A DNA stretch of 64,000 nucleotides from Octopus vulgaris. Its lineage: Eukaryota. Positions 26,374 to 39,619 of the stretch are shown here, piece by piece. The position numbers and the translations under genes are program-made. A model generated the notes under the pieces. That model had not been told where the DNA came from and ran no database searches. It was given only the letters and a program-made list of their open reading frames with translations. The DNA is taken from NCBI GenBank assembly GCA_951406725.2, contig OX597830.1:37014001-37078000 (forward strand). The letters are read 5' to 3'. The first letter of the stretch is position 1. The number at the start of each line of letters is the position of its first letter.

Positions 26374-26378
<5 letters not shown>
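25995..26378. repeat. 384-bp palindrome, no loop, 2 mismatches
   Basis: Centre between 26186 and 26187; mismatches at 26014 and 26018. Confidence 0.97.
26219..26270 (+). ncRNA. minimal type-I hammerhead ribozyme (PLE type); mirror copy at 26103-26154 (-)
   Basis: aaccac CTGAAGA a-tgtc-taagatgtgct-gaca-c GAAAC GATC GTA gtggtt: 6-bp stem I, intact core, palindromic ACGATCGT stem III. Confidence 0.8.
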
Positions 26379-26432
<54 letters not shown>

Positions 26433-27069
26433 GTCTGTGTGTGTATGTGTGTATGTGTATGTGTGCATTTGTGTGTGTGTCAATGTGCATATATAAATGT
26501 ATATAGATACGTATATGTTTGTAACTGTGGATAATAATTGTTTTAATACAGGTTACGTTGCTAAACCTGCATGCATTCGGGAGATGAAGTTCCGAATTTT
26601 CAGACCAAGATATTCATGGGGCTTGAGCAACGAATACATATACATACATAAATACATAAATACATACATAGACGCGTTTGTATATTTATATCTATATATT
26701 TATATGTGCGTGTGGTTTATATATAAACACAGACACACACATATCTTTATATCAACAAACATACATATGTGTGAAAACATGTCTAGCTGACCAGTTTTCA
26801 ATGTCAATATCCACTTTGTAAACTGACAAAAGCGAGTCATATCATCTGAGTAAAATTGTAACGCTTTAATTCAATTTTAGACAGTCACTTATATTGCAAG
26901 CATTGACTTATTAATCTTAGTTTGAAACTGTCGAAAAGGTGAATGTTATTGCATCAACAAGTCGTATTAAAATTAGTGTTACGTCAAAGTCATATGACTT
27001 TGAGGAATCTTTGATCGGGAGAGTGCTGCTATAAAACCAAACGTATACAGACATATCTTTCATATTTTG

Positions 27070-27106
<37 letters not shown>

Positions 27107-27133
27107 AACACATATAAATATGAATAATCGGTA

Positions 27134-27175
27134 GACGTTTCAGATGAGCTCAAGAGCATAAATGCCAAAAATGTC
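27134..27175 (+). ncRNA. degenerate hammerhead motif
   Basis: gacgttt CAGATGA gctc-aa-gagc ATAAA tgccaa aaatgtc: stems I and II pair, core mutated. Confidence 0.4.
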
Positions 27176-27349
27176 TCGGTGCTTCAGTTTCTTTGTAATC
27201 TCTGTCGAATTTTTTTTTTTTTGTAAAATAATCTTTTCTACTTTCGGCTCAAAGCCCGAAATTTTCTTTTATTTTTTTGGCGGTGGGGCAATGTAAACAA
27301 AACTAGAAGACAATGTTTGTAGATCCAGTGCATCTAGAAGAACAATATT

Positions 27350-27748
27350 GTTTCCTATTCTAGGCACAAGGCTCGAAATTTTGGGGGAGGAGGCCTGTTG
27401 AATAGATCGACCCCAGTACGCAACTGGTACTTAATTTATCGATCCCGAAAGGATGAAAGGCAACGGTGACCTCGGCAGAATTTGAACGCAGAACGTAAAG
27501 ACGGATGAAATACCTATTTCTTTACTACCCACAAGGGGCTAAATACAGAGGGGACAAACAAGGACAGACAAACGGATTAAGTCGATTATATCGACTCCAG
27601 TGCGTAACTGGTACTTACTTAATCGACCCCCTACAGGATGAAAGGCAAAGTCGACCTCGGCGGAATTGGAACTCAGAACGTAGCGGCAGATAAAATCCCA
27701 CGGAGCATTTCGCCCGGAGTGCTAACGATTCTGCCAGCTCGCCGCCTT
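27350..27748 (-). mobile_element. family A SINE dimer or nest
   Basis: Two units joined at aaagaaata|ggtatttc. Confidence 0.85.
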
Positions 27749-27898
27749 TCATTACTAAAATAATAAAAAACATGTACACACATGTTATGGGTTCTATTTT
27801 CCTGTTTGCATCACCAAACGTCTCTCTCTCTCTTTCTCTCTCCTTCTCTCTGTTTCTCTCTCCTCATCTCTGTCTCCCTATATATATATATATATATT

Positions 27899-28270
27899 AC
27901 TCTTTTACTCTTTTACTCTTTTACTTGTTTCAGTCACCTGACTGCGGCCATGCTGGAGCACCACCTTTTAGTACTTATTCTATCGGTCTCTTTTTGCCGA
28001 ACCGCTAAGCGACGGGGCCCTAAACACACCAGCATCGGTTGTCAAGCAATGCTAGGGGGACAAACACAGACACACAAACACATACACACATATATATATA
28101 TACATATATACGACAGGCTTCTTTCAGTTTCCGTCTACCAAATCCACTCACAAGGCATTGGTCGGCCCGGGGCTATAGCAGAAGACACTTACCAAGGTGC
28201 CACGCAGTGGGACTGAACCCGGAACCATGTGGCTGGTTAGCAAGCTACTTACCACACAGCCACTCCTGCG

Positions 28271-28272
<2 letters not shown>
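27899..28272 (-). mobile_element. family B SINE
   Basis: Matches the other copies. Confidence 0.85.
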
Positions 28273-28319
<47 letters not shown>

Positions 28320-28320
<1 letters not shown>

Positions 28321-28502
28321 TATTATATAGAAGGAGAGGACTAGAACTGTTTCATTCAAGAGAAATCTTCAGAGCTTCCTGAAGATTTCTCTTGAATGAA
28401 ACAGTTCTAGTCCTAGAAGCTCCTTCTATATAATAAATTAATTTTACTCTGCTATGTATTGAGTACCTTATTTACTGTGGTTAACCCCGAATCAACCCGG
28501 GA

Positions 28503-28505
<3 letters not shown>
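28320..28505 (+). mobile_element. fold-back insert in (TA)n with hammerhead-like motif at 28372-28421
   Basis: IR 28337-28372/28379-28414 plus outer IR 28320-28336/28420-28436; gagcttc CTGAAGA tttc-tctt-gaat GAAAC...TA gaagctc. Confidence 0.65.
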
Positions 28506-28559
<54 letters not shown>

Positions 28560-28561
<2 letters not shown>

Positions 28562-28827
28562 TTCTTGTAGTCTTTTACTTGTTTTAGCCACTTGACTGCG
28601 GTCATGCTGGAATACTGCCTTTAGTCAAGCAAATCAACATCAGAACTTATTCTTTGTAAACTTAGTACTTATTCTATTGGTGTCTTGTGCATAACCGCTC
28701 AGTTACGGGGACGTAAGCACACTAGCATCGGTTGTCAAGCGATGTTGGGGGGACAAACACACATACACAAAACACATACACATACATACATATATGCATA
28801 CATATATACATACATACATACATACAT

Positions 28828-28921
<94 letters not shown>

Positions 28922-28936
28922 TTGTGTGTGTGTTTG

Positions 28937-28976
<40 letters not shown>

Positions 28977-29138
28977 GACGGGAGTCTTTCTGTTTCCATC
29001 TACCAAATCGACTCACAGCGCTTTGGTCGGGCCGAGGCTATAGTAGAAGACACTTGACCAAGGTGCCACGCAGTAGGACTGAACCCGAAACCATGAGGCT
29101 GGTAAGCAAGTTACTTACCACACAGCCACTCCTGCGCC
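28560..29138 (-). mobile_element. family B SINE with expanded internal microsatellite
   Basis: Matches the other copies. Confidence 0.85.
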
Positions 29139-29149
29139 TATATATATAA

Positions 29150-29740
29150 AGTCGAACGGCTATTGGCAGATTTACCAGGGTGCCAAAGATTCTTCGCCAT
29201 TCCATTTACGAAGAAGCTGGATATTATCATATGGCGTTAAAAAAGAAAGTAGTAATTCTAATCGAATTATCGGTTCGTCATTAAGATAACATGGACACCG
29301 CGCGGGTTCGAAAGACTGAACGTTATAAAAACCTTCCCGAGGAATGTGAAGACGCAGGATGGAAAGCAGAGCTTTTGCCAATCTAAACTGGTGGTAGAGG
29401 ATTCATTGTACACAAAGTGAGGTGATTTATTGTCGCTAGGCCTAACTTACTGCAAACAAATACCACCCTGAGTGATATCCAAACTACAGAGGAAAAGGCA
29501 ACCCACTGGATTTGGTAAAAAAGAGATGATGAGCAATGGCTTGAAGAATATTAAGTGAAACCTGATAACCAGTTGATCTAGCAAATGGGGCCTCATTTCA
29601 GTGAAGGGAACCGGTGCGCAATAATGCCATTGAAAGTCTACAAAATGGTGTGCATTCTCTCCTGATGACCCCATGAAAGTGCTAGCATCCAGTATACGGA
29701 GCTTTCAACAGGTAGCACTTGCATCTGCAAGTTGTTTACA
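29150..29740 (+). pseudogene. RLE-type non-LTR retrotransposon 3' fragment (HERO-like)
   Basis: LADL...LDIIIW...VVILIELSV...RKTERY...ECEDAGW...TGGRGF matches the PD-(D/E)xK restriction-like endonuclease pattern; the clade call is from memory. Confidence 0.65.
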
Positions 29741-29801
29741 AAAAATTACGTTTACACACACGCGCACAAACATACACACATGATACCGGCATACATACAC
29801 A

Positions 29802-29843
<42 letters not shown>

Positions 29844-29879
29844 TGTATACATAATGTTAAGTAGACAATAGATAGATAC

Positions 29880-30430
29880 ATGGATCAGAACATCAACATA
29901 CTCTTCCCGGGTGACTTCAACCTCTCACATGTTAAATGGTCAGAGGGCCACATCCTCTCTGGGATGTCACTGCATGAACAAAAACATGTAGAGTCATTAC
30001 ATGAACTTTCTAATATGCTGTTCATGGAGCAAGTGATACTCAGGCCAACCAGGGGAAACAACATACTGGACCACTTCTTTACAAATAATGTGAACCTTAG
30101 CCACATTATTGTGGAAGTGACACCAACAGCACTCTCAGATCGCAATATTGTTGAACTAACTAGATACGGTCCAAAGTGAAGTGCTGGTATCTACCCTATC
30201 AAGAGGATTCAAGCCTTATCCAACCTGAATTTCAATAAAGCAGAATGGGAATTGATCCGCAGAGATCCACAAACGAAACTGGTCCAACGTTCTGTGCATG
30301 CAAAACATTGACTTGAAACTCAGCCTGTTTATGTCAACAGTGCAGGCTATATGCACTAAATATGCACCAGAAAGAAAGGACACCATACCGAGAGACAAGA
30401 TTCCTAGGGACAGAAAAATCCTTACCTGAA
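29880..30430 (+). pseudogene. APE endonuclease fragment of a CR1/L2-type LINE
   Basis: GDFNL, PTRGNNILD, LSDRNIV (SDH-like), then NLNFNKAEW. Confidence 0.75.
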
Positions 30431-30480
30431 ACATGTAACAGGATAAATGAATAAAAAAAGATTATACATATCTATATATG

Positions 30481-30566
<86 letters not shown>

Positions 30567-30569
30567 ACA

Positions 30570-30755
30570 TTAACAGAATGAGATAAAAAGATCCAAGGCT
30601 GTGAATAGTTTTCAGAACATTTATAAAGGGGTCTTACAGCTGTTTCCGGGATATTTTATATATCCCTCCATCATCGACGGAGCGAGAAAATGTTTAAGTA
30701 ATAGTTATTATAGAGAAGATATGAAATACAGAGTGAGGTGGAGGAATGAAAACGT

Positions 30756-30760
<5 letters not shown>
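30570..30760 (-). mobile_element. PLE-type tail fragment between (TA)n tracts with decayed hammerhead at 30631-30678
   Basis: Minus strand gtc GATGATG ga gggatat-ataaa-atatccc g GAAAC AGCT GTA agac (palindromic ACAGCTGT). Confidence 0.55.
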
Positions 30761-30806
<46 letters not shown>

Positions 30807-31169
30807 CACACTGGCGGCTGAAACTATCAGAGCTGTTGTCAACCTTTAGATGTTTATTAAAATATATCATGAATATTGGTATGAGAATAGCGCAGTAGAA
30901 ATGTATGTATATAATAATGTACGCTCATTAGTTTACATGGAATATGAAGGAAATATCGACTGACAATTTGAGGGTCCTTGAAATATATGGGAAGATTGAC
31001 ACTTAGGTTGGGGAAGATAAAAGTAAAATCATCCAAGCAAATACAGAAATCATAAAAACCTAGAGGAGCATATGTGAAAATATAGATAAAATATATTTAT
31101 GTGATAAAGTATAAAAATTACATTTGTGTTGTGAATTGCAGAGATGTAAAATGAAATAATAAATATTGA

Positions 31170-31660
31170 TTTCAAATTCAGGTACCAGTCCAGCAATTTC
31201 AGGGGAGGGAGAAGCGATTTCCTCTACACTAGACCCTAACTTGTACTTATTTCTGTTTCCCCGGAAGGTTGAAAGGCAAAGTCGACCTCAGCGGTATTTG
31301 AACTGAGAATGTAAAGACAGACTAAATGCTGCTCGTCGTCTTACTAATAATCCTTTCTACAAAAGGCACAAGGCCTGAAATTTTGGGGGAGGGGGCCAGT
31401 CGATTAGACCGACCCCAGTACGCAACTGGTACTGGATTTATCGATCCCGAAAGGATGAAAGGCAAAGTCGGCCTCGGCGGAATTTGAACTGAGAACGTAA
31501 AGACAGACGAAATACCGCTAAGCATTTCGCCCAGCGTGCTAACGTTTATTTCTTTATTGCCCACTTAGTTGCTAAACATAGTGGAGACAAACAAGGACAG
31601 ACAAAGGAATCAAGTCGATTACCTCGACTCCAGTGCGTAACTGGTACTTAATGTATCGAC
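31170..31660 (-). mobile_element. family A SINE cluster
   Basis: Three partial units. Confidence 0.8.
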
Positions 31661-32293
31661 CAACCATTTCCGACCTGTGGGTCTCTGTCGAACGACTGCT
31701 ATCGCGTGTGGGACGAATCAGTTTATCAACCGAGTCTATCGTAAATATTGTTGCGACTCCTTCCTTGAAACGGGTAGGAAGAGCCATTTTCATCGTACTT
31801 GTGGCTATGGCGAAAGAATGTGTATGGTGTAGAAAGGTCTAGAGACAAACACTTTTCTCTCTGGTCAATCTCTCATCAACTTCTTCAAGTATCCCTTAAA
31901 GAGGAAAGTGAGAGTAGAGTGGGAAGTTCTGTCTAGCGAATGTTTTAAAAAAAAAGATGGGTGAATGTAGCAAGGATGGCACGTGTGAATGACAGAGCCA
32001 GCTTGAGCATAATCCTATGGACCAAAAAAAGAAAGGAAAAATGAGAGTCACTTACTGTGATGTGTTTTTTTTGCATAAGACTATTGCCGATGTTTACCGT
32101 GGTCTTTGCCGTAGGCTTTTCTTTCCACGGATAAACCTAATCTGTTTTCCCCTTTTACATTGACATTTCTGTGATACACGATCCCTATTGATGGGCCTTT
32201 CTTTTTCTTTTTTTTCCCACGATCTCTTTCGACCCACTTTTTTTTCTCTTCTTCCCCCCTCCTGTGTTCAGCTCTGGGTGGCCAATAAAGAAA
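31660..32293 (+). pseudogene. Tx1/L1-group LINE 3' end (ORF2 C-terminus and 3' UTR)
   Basis: PTISDLW...LVAMAKECVW...FFKY...CFKKRW fits the post-zinc-knuckle region of Tx1 ORF2; T-rich UTR ending aataaagaaa followed by (CTAT)n. Confidence 0.65.
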
Positions 32294-32375
32294 CCTATCT
32301 ACTTATCTGTCTGTCTGTCTGTTTGTTTGCCTGCCTGCCTGCTTGCCTGTCTGTCTGTCTGTTTGTCTATCTATC

Positions 32376-32477
<102 letters not shown>

Positions 32478-32482
32478 CCTAC

Positions 32483-32524
<42 letters not shown>

Positions 32525-33496
32525 GTTTATCTATCTGTCCATTGAACTATCTATGTATCTCTTTTTCAACAATCACAACTTTGCGTGGACGTATTCCCTG
32601 ACAATAAATTTATCTTTGCAGATACAGGAAAGGTTAAGAAATTATAGGCTACATTCTTAGACAGAGAATAAATGTTGTACGTCTCCATAGGGAGTATAAG
32701 TGCTTCATTTCCATTCAAACTGCTAGAAGAACACGTAGAAAAAGTTAAAAGCGTAACTAAAAACAGAGAAAACATTTTTTTTTCCCTTTTTTGAATTTTT
32801 CTTCTCGAAACAAATGCATTATAAGTTTTAACACAAATATGAAAGCGAAATTGTTCTTCCTCTCTCCAAAACCACCAATAACTTCTAAGAAGTGAATCAG
32901 CTTCAACCGGGAGATGAAATCATTTCGTGTTCTTGTCTCGGTTTCTGGAATAGCTTTTATCTCGCTTCCCGATGCTTGCAAGAGTTTATAAATTAGTGAT
33001 AGTTACCAGGGAAACATTTTTCGCATTCTATCTAGTTATCAAACTGTCCAGTATGTTCGTCATTTTCCGTCTGAATGATTCGTTGAAATCTACTTTGTTT
33101 TTTCTTCATCGAATGCCTCACGTCTTTCGTAATGCTTATCGCTTTCTTTGCTTTCTTTCCACACAAACGCATACAGTAACCACACACAAATACAAAGAGA
33201 CACACACAAGAAGCACACATTCACGTACACACAGAAACACACACACATACACGCACACACACACGTTGGTCTGTTTCTGTCTGGGAGCCTTTGTTTTGTG
33301 TAAATATATAAGAAATATAAATATAGTGAAAAGAAAGACCTGTCTAAATACACGTACATACCTACGAATATTTGTATATACGTGTGTGTCAATGTGTTTG
33401 CATGCATACACACACACACACATATATACACACATATATATATGTATATATATATATAAAAAGGCATAGCTATATATACACACATACATATATGTG

Positions 33497-33552
<56 letters not shown>

Positions 33553-33600
33553 CACATATATAAATATATTTATACACATATATAAATATATATATATATA

Positions 33601-33706
<106 letters not shown>

Positions 33707-34117
33707 AACTATGCTTTTGTAGTTCCACATCTTTGAAAACTTTTTTCCTTCCTATCTTATATCACTGTACTGTTCTCTCAGCCAAATCTAATTCATCTTT
33801 TGCATTATCTCACCCAACTTGAATGTTGATTTTAGCTCAAGATTCATGCAAATAGCTGTCAATATTACAAATAAATGCGCACATATGTAACCAGGGAAGT
33901 AAAAGACAAAAATGAATAAATAAATAAATAAATAAAATAAAACAAAATAAAAGCGAAAATAAGTATTGTAAAAAACAAACAAATAACAATAAAACACCGT
34001 AAGAAAAAGACAAAAACAAACATACCACCCTTTGACATTTAACCAAGGGAAACAGTGTTTCAGTCTTTTCGTGTTTACTTTTCATTTGAAACCACTATAT
34101 AAATAGGCTGTTCAACA

Positions 34118-34139
34118 AATAATAATAATAATAATAATG

Positions 34140-34226
<87 letters not shown>

Positions 34227-34285
34227 GTAATAATAATAATAATAATAAACTAATGAAAGAAGGAAAGTAAAGTAATCACAATATT

Positions 34286-34348
<63 letters not shown>
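34118..34348. repeat. (AAT)n microsatellites
   Basis: Seen directly. Confidence 0.95.
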
Positions 34349-34350
<2 letters not shown>

Positions 34351-34804
34351 TAAGCGTTGTAAAATGGAAACTCACTGCTAGTTTCCAGGCAACAATGAGA
34401 CAAGGAAGAAAAAATGTATAAAACACAGCACCAAAACAAAAAAAGAACAAACAGTAACAAATTCTCAATTGATCCGTTGATTAATATACATCGCAACCAA
34501 TCCTGGATCTTTTGGCATTAGAAAACATAGACGGCCTGATCTACCTATTAAGATATTAATAAATGAAATGACATATTGTCGTCAACATGCCAAAGACAAC
34601 GGTGCCATGGTGTGGAATAGAAACCCCAAAATAGAAAAATCCATGAAATGAGAATAGGATGTCAGTTATCAGCTGCATCTTACGTCAAGTTTGCTTTAAT
34701 ATATTCTATGGCCTTGTTTTTTTTCGTTTTTTTTTTTTCACATAGTTTTAAGTTGAATATTAAAATTTCGTAATTATTAGTTTACTGGAATTTGCAATAT
34801 ATGC

Positions 34805-34861
<57 letters not shown>

Positions 34862-35002
34862 GTGTGAGTTACATACGCAAATGTGTATGTTTGTGGTTGC
34901 TTATTAATTAACGAAATGCAAATTCATTCCTCATATCAATGGCAAATATAAACTTAATAACGAATTCGCCCTGGCAGCAGGAACGACACCACCACCAACA
35001 CC

Positions 35003-35133
<131 letters not shown>

Positions 35134-35514
35134 TTGCTGCTGCTGCTGCGATAAAAACAAAGTGTGTGACAACAAAAAATCCCCCAAGATACAAAACAAA
35201 AAAATAAAAAAAAGTAATGTAAAAACAAAACACAACAAAACTAATCAACCTCTAAATAAACTATTTCGCATCAGAAATATTTAGGATGGCAGGAAAAATG
35301 CCATCCTAGAAACTATTTACTCACTACGTTGTCGCAAACTCATGTACACATACCAACACTCGTACACATATAAACACATATACATACATACATACATACA
35401 CACACACATATATTTATATATATATATATACATACATATATATATATATATATATATGATATATATCACGTATATATATATACAAATATACGCACACACA
35501 TATATATGCATATA

Positions 35515-35583
<69 letters not shown>

Positions 35584-35635
35584 ATACATATATATATATA
35601 TATATATACATATATATATACACACATACACACAC

Positions 35636-35676
<41 letters not shown>

Positions 35677-35898
35677 TATATATATATGTATATGTATATC
35701 GCATGTATGTACTGAAAATCGAAAATCGATGCGTTTTTAGCAAGTGCTTAATATTTTTGAAACTAATAAACAGATCTCAACAGCAATAAACATTTGTCCT
35801 CACAATGATTGCTTTCCATATTGATGCTTACATTAATTTCTCGTGAGCCTATATAGATTAACCATGTTTGCACAGTGCATGTGTGGATGGTATATACA

Positions 35899-35986
<88 letters not shown>

Positions 35987-36010
35987 ATCTTATATGTATG
36001 CATGCATATG

Positions 36011-36049
<39 letters not shown>

Positions 36050-36272
36050 ATGAGTAATTTATTAGTTTTCTACTGGTGTGATCTATCCAGCTGTGGCCAA
36101 GCAATCGGTGACCCGCTCCATCAAGAAGCAGAGTCATATGTGTGTGTGTATATATATACAGTTATATACATTCGCAACACTTGTATATTGACTCGCAGTA
36201 TTATTAGTGTTATGTCGACGGATACAAACGCATGTATATGTAAATTCATAAGTCTATCCACTAGCAGTCATT

Positions 36273-36331
<59 letters not shown>

Positions 36332-36445
36332 TTATATATATATATGTGTGTGTGTATATATATACATATATATGTATATACATATTTATAAATATATATA
36401 TTATAAAGGTATATGTATATATATGTACATACATACATGTATATG

Positions 36446-36523
<78 letters not shown>

Positions 36524-36873
36524 TATATGTGTATAGACATATTTGCGCACGGGGACATGCACACATGTGTATACGTATTAACATTAATTACCAAGATAAA
36601 CAATATTACATAAAATCTATTTTGTAATTTTCACAGTATTTATCCATTGGATCTTATCTCATAATATGTAGATTAGCGATCTGTGAGGCGGATATAGACT
36701 TCACATGCAATATTGTTATCTTACTGGTGGCTGGCAACGTTTGCCAGACGGTAATTCCTCGTCAATGCAAGAAACGTGATGCAATTTCAGTCTCAGTATA
36801 TGTGTTTATCTCAAAGCTATTAAATTGAATAAGTTCTCAACTCTTATTCTGGGCTGTTATTTACCTTCTGATT

Positions 36874-37085
36874 AAGGCGGCGAACTGGTAGAATTGTTAG
36901 TCCTTTCGACAAAATTGCTTCGCGGCATTTTACTCATCTCTACGTTCTGAGTTCAAACTCTGCCCAGGTGGACTTTGCCTTTTCATCCTTTCGGGGGTCG
37001 GTCAGTAAAATAACTGTCAGTTGGTATAATCGACTAGCTGCCTCTCCCAAATTTTCAGAAATCGTACCTATAGCAGAAAGTATTA
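36874..37085 (+). mobile_element. family A SINE (older copy)
   Basis: aaggcggcgaactggtagaattgttag... head. Confidence 0.75.
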
Positions 37086-37160
37086 TTTACCACTGGCTCA
37101 GCCAAGAAGAAGACGCCTATGACCAGATGTGTTCTCATCTCCCAATTTCTTCATTTTTTG

Positions 37161-37692
<532 letters not shown>

Positions 37693-37934
37693 TCAACATG
37701 TCATTAAGAGTTTTAAGATACTGGGGTCTCATTTAGGGCAGTGCTTCTCAAATGCTTTTGACTATTGCTCCTTTTCTTGTACTAACATTTTTTCAAGATT
37801 CTCTTGCTACGCTTCAACGCTCCACCGTCATCTTTCCTAATGTACATACACTAAATATCGATTCAGAGAAAATTTAGTTCCCGATACTAGTTTGACACGG
37901 GTGACTAATTATATCAGCACCACATTACAATTCT

Positions 37935-39020
37935 ATCTTTTATCATTTACTTGTTCCAGTCATTGGACAGCAGTCGTGCTGAGACACAGCTTTAAGAAGT
38001 TTTTAGTCGTTCGAAACGACAGGTACCTGGTGTTTATTGTATCAGTGTCTTTTGCAATAACGCTATGCTACGGAAATGTAAACAAACCAACGCCAGTTGT
38101 CAAGCGGTAACGGACAAAAACAGAGACACAAAGACACACACACTGACACAAACACACGCACACACTCACGTATACGTCTGGTATTTTTCAGTTTTCGTCT
38201 AAGGCGGCGAGCTGGCAGAATCGTTAGGACGCTGGGTGAAATGTTTAGCGGTATTTCATCTGTCGCTACATTCTGAGTTCAAATTCCGTCGAGGTCAACT
38301 TTCCCTTTCATCCTTCTGAGGTCGACTTTGCCGTTCATCCTTTCGGATCGATAAATTAAGTACCAGTGAAACCCTGGGGTCGATGTAATCGATCATTCCC
38401 CTCCCCCAAATTTCAGGCCTTGAGACTATAGTAGAAAGGAGTTTTCAGTTCCCTATTTCTTTATTGCCCACAAGAGGCTAAACATACAGGTAACAAACAA
38501 GAATAGACACACGGATTAATTCGATTACATCGACCCCAGTGTATAACTGTTACTTAATTTATCGACCCTGAAAGGATGAAAGGCAAAATCGACCTCGGCG
38601 GAATTTGAACTCAGAACGTAACGGCAGACGAAATACTTATTTCTATTTCTTTACTACCCGCAAGAGGCTAAACACAGAGAGGACAAACAAGGACAGACAA
38701 ACGGATTAAGTCGATTATATCAACCCCAGTGCGTAACTGGTACTTATTTAATCGACCTTGAAATAATGAAAGGCAAAATCGACCTCGGCGGAATTTGAAC
38801 GTAGCGGCAGACGAAATCCCACGGAGCATTTCGCCCGGCGTGCTAACGTTTCTACCAGCTCGCCGATTTTTCAGTTTCAGTCTACGAAATCCGTTCACAA
38901 GGCATTTTTGGGTCCGATACTATAGTAGAAGACTCTTGTGAAAGGTGCAATGCAGTGAGAGGGACATTCAACAGAAGTATTGTGTATGGCTGGGAAGCAA
39001 ACTTCTTACTACACAGTCGC
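37935..39020. mobile_element. family B SINE (-) split by nested family A copies (38201-38440 +, 38453-38865 -)
   Basis: The B halves resume across the nest; tttttcagttt..gtcta is duplicated at both borders. Confidence 0.75.
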
Positions 39021-39352
39021 GTATTGATATAATAAGCATAGCTCGTAGAAATTCGGTTCTGTTTAATTATTTGCATTTCAAAGTCTCTAATTATTGTTAA
39101 TGTTGTCGATTTTAACGTTGTTGCTGTGAATGGGGATATGAACTTGCTTAATGTAGTGTTAGATTTTAATTATTTATTTAAAATTAACATTTAAATAGGA
39201 GATAGAAACGAAAAGAACCGTAGTGATGCGTCAATTGTCCTTTCACAGCTCCTTACCGCCCGGTACACATTTAAATCCTCCCACTGTTTCCAAGGGATGG
39301 AACCGCTTGCTTTGAGGAGGATTGATTCAGTTGATATCTAGCTGATATTTCT

Positions 39353-39585
39353 TATTTCTTTACTACCCACAAGGGGCTAAACATAGAGGGGACAAACAAG
39401 GACAGACAAACGGATTAAGTCGATTACATCGACCCCCAGTGCGTAACTGGTACTTAATTTATCGACCCCGAAAGGATGAAAGGCAAAGTCAACCTCGGCG
39501 GAATTTGAACTCAGAATGTAACGGCAGACGAAATACGGCTACGCATTTCGCCCGGCGTGCTAACGGTTCTGCCAGCTCGCCGCCC
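39353..39585 (-). mobile_element. young full-length family A SINE with 19-bp TSD
   Basis: atatctagctgatatttct at 39334-39352 and 39592-39610. Confidence 0.93.
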
Positions 39586-39619
39586 TATTTAATATCTAGC
39601 TGATATTTCTAACATATTG

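Noticed and set aside
29660-29690. CTGATGA-ccccat-GAAA in the LINE 3' UTR
   Set aside because: Stem II cannot pair and there is no convincing stem I or III.
34118-34348. (AAT)n arrays as a possible Dong insertion
   Set aside because: No element sequence between the arrays; this is only an empty potential target.
35282-35308. 10-bp stem hairpin taggatggca/tgccatccta
   Set aside because: Short and isolated, with no supporting context.
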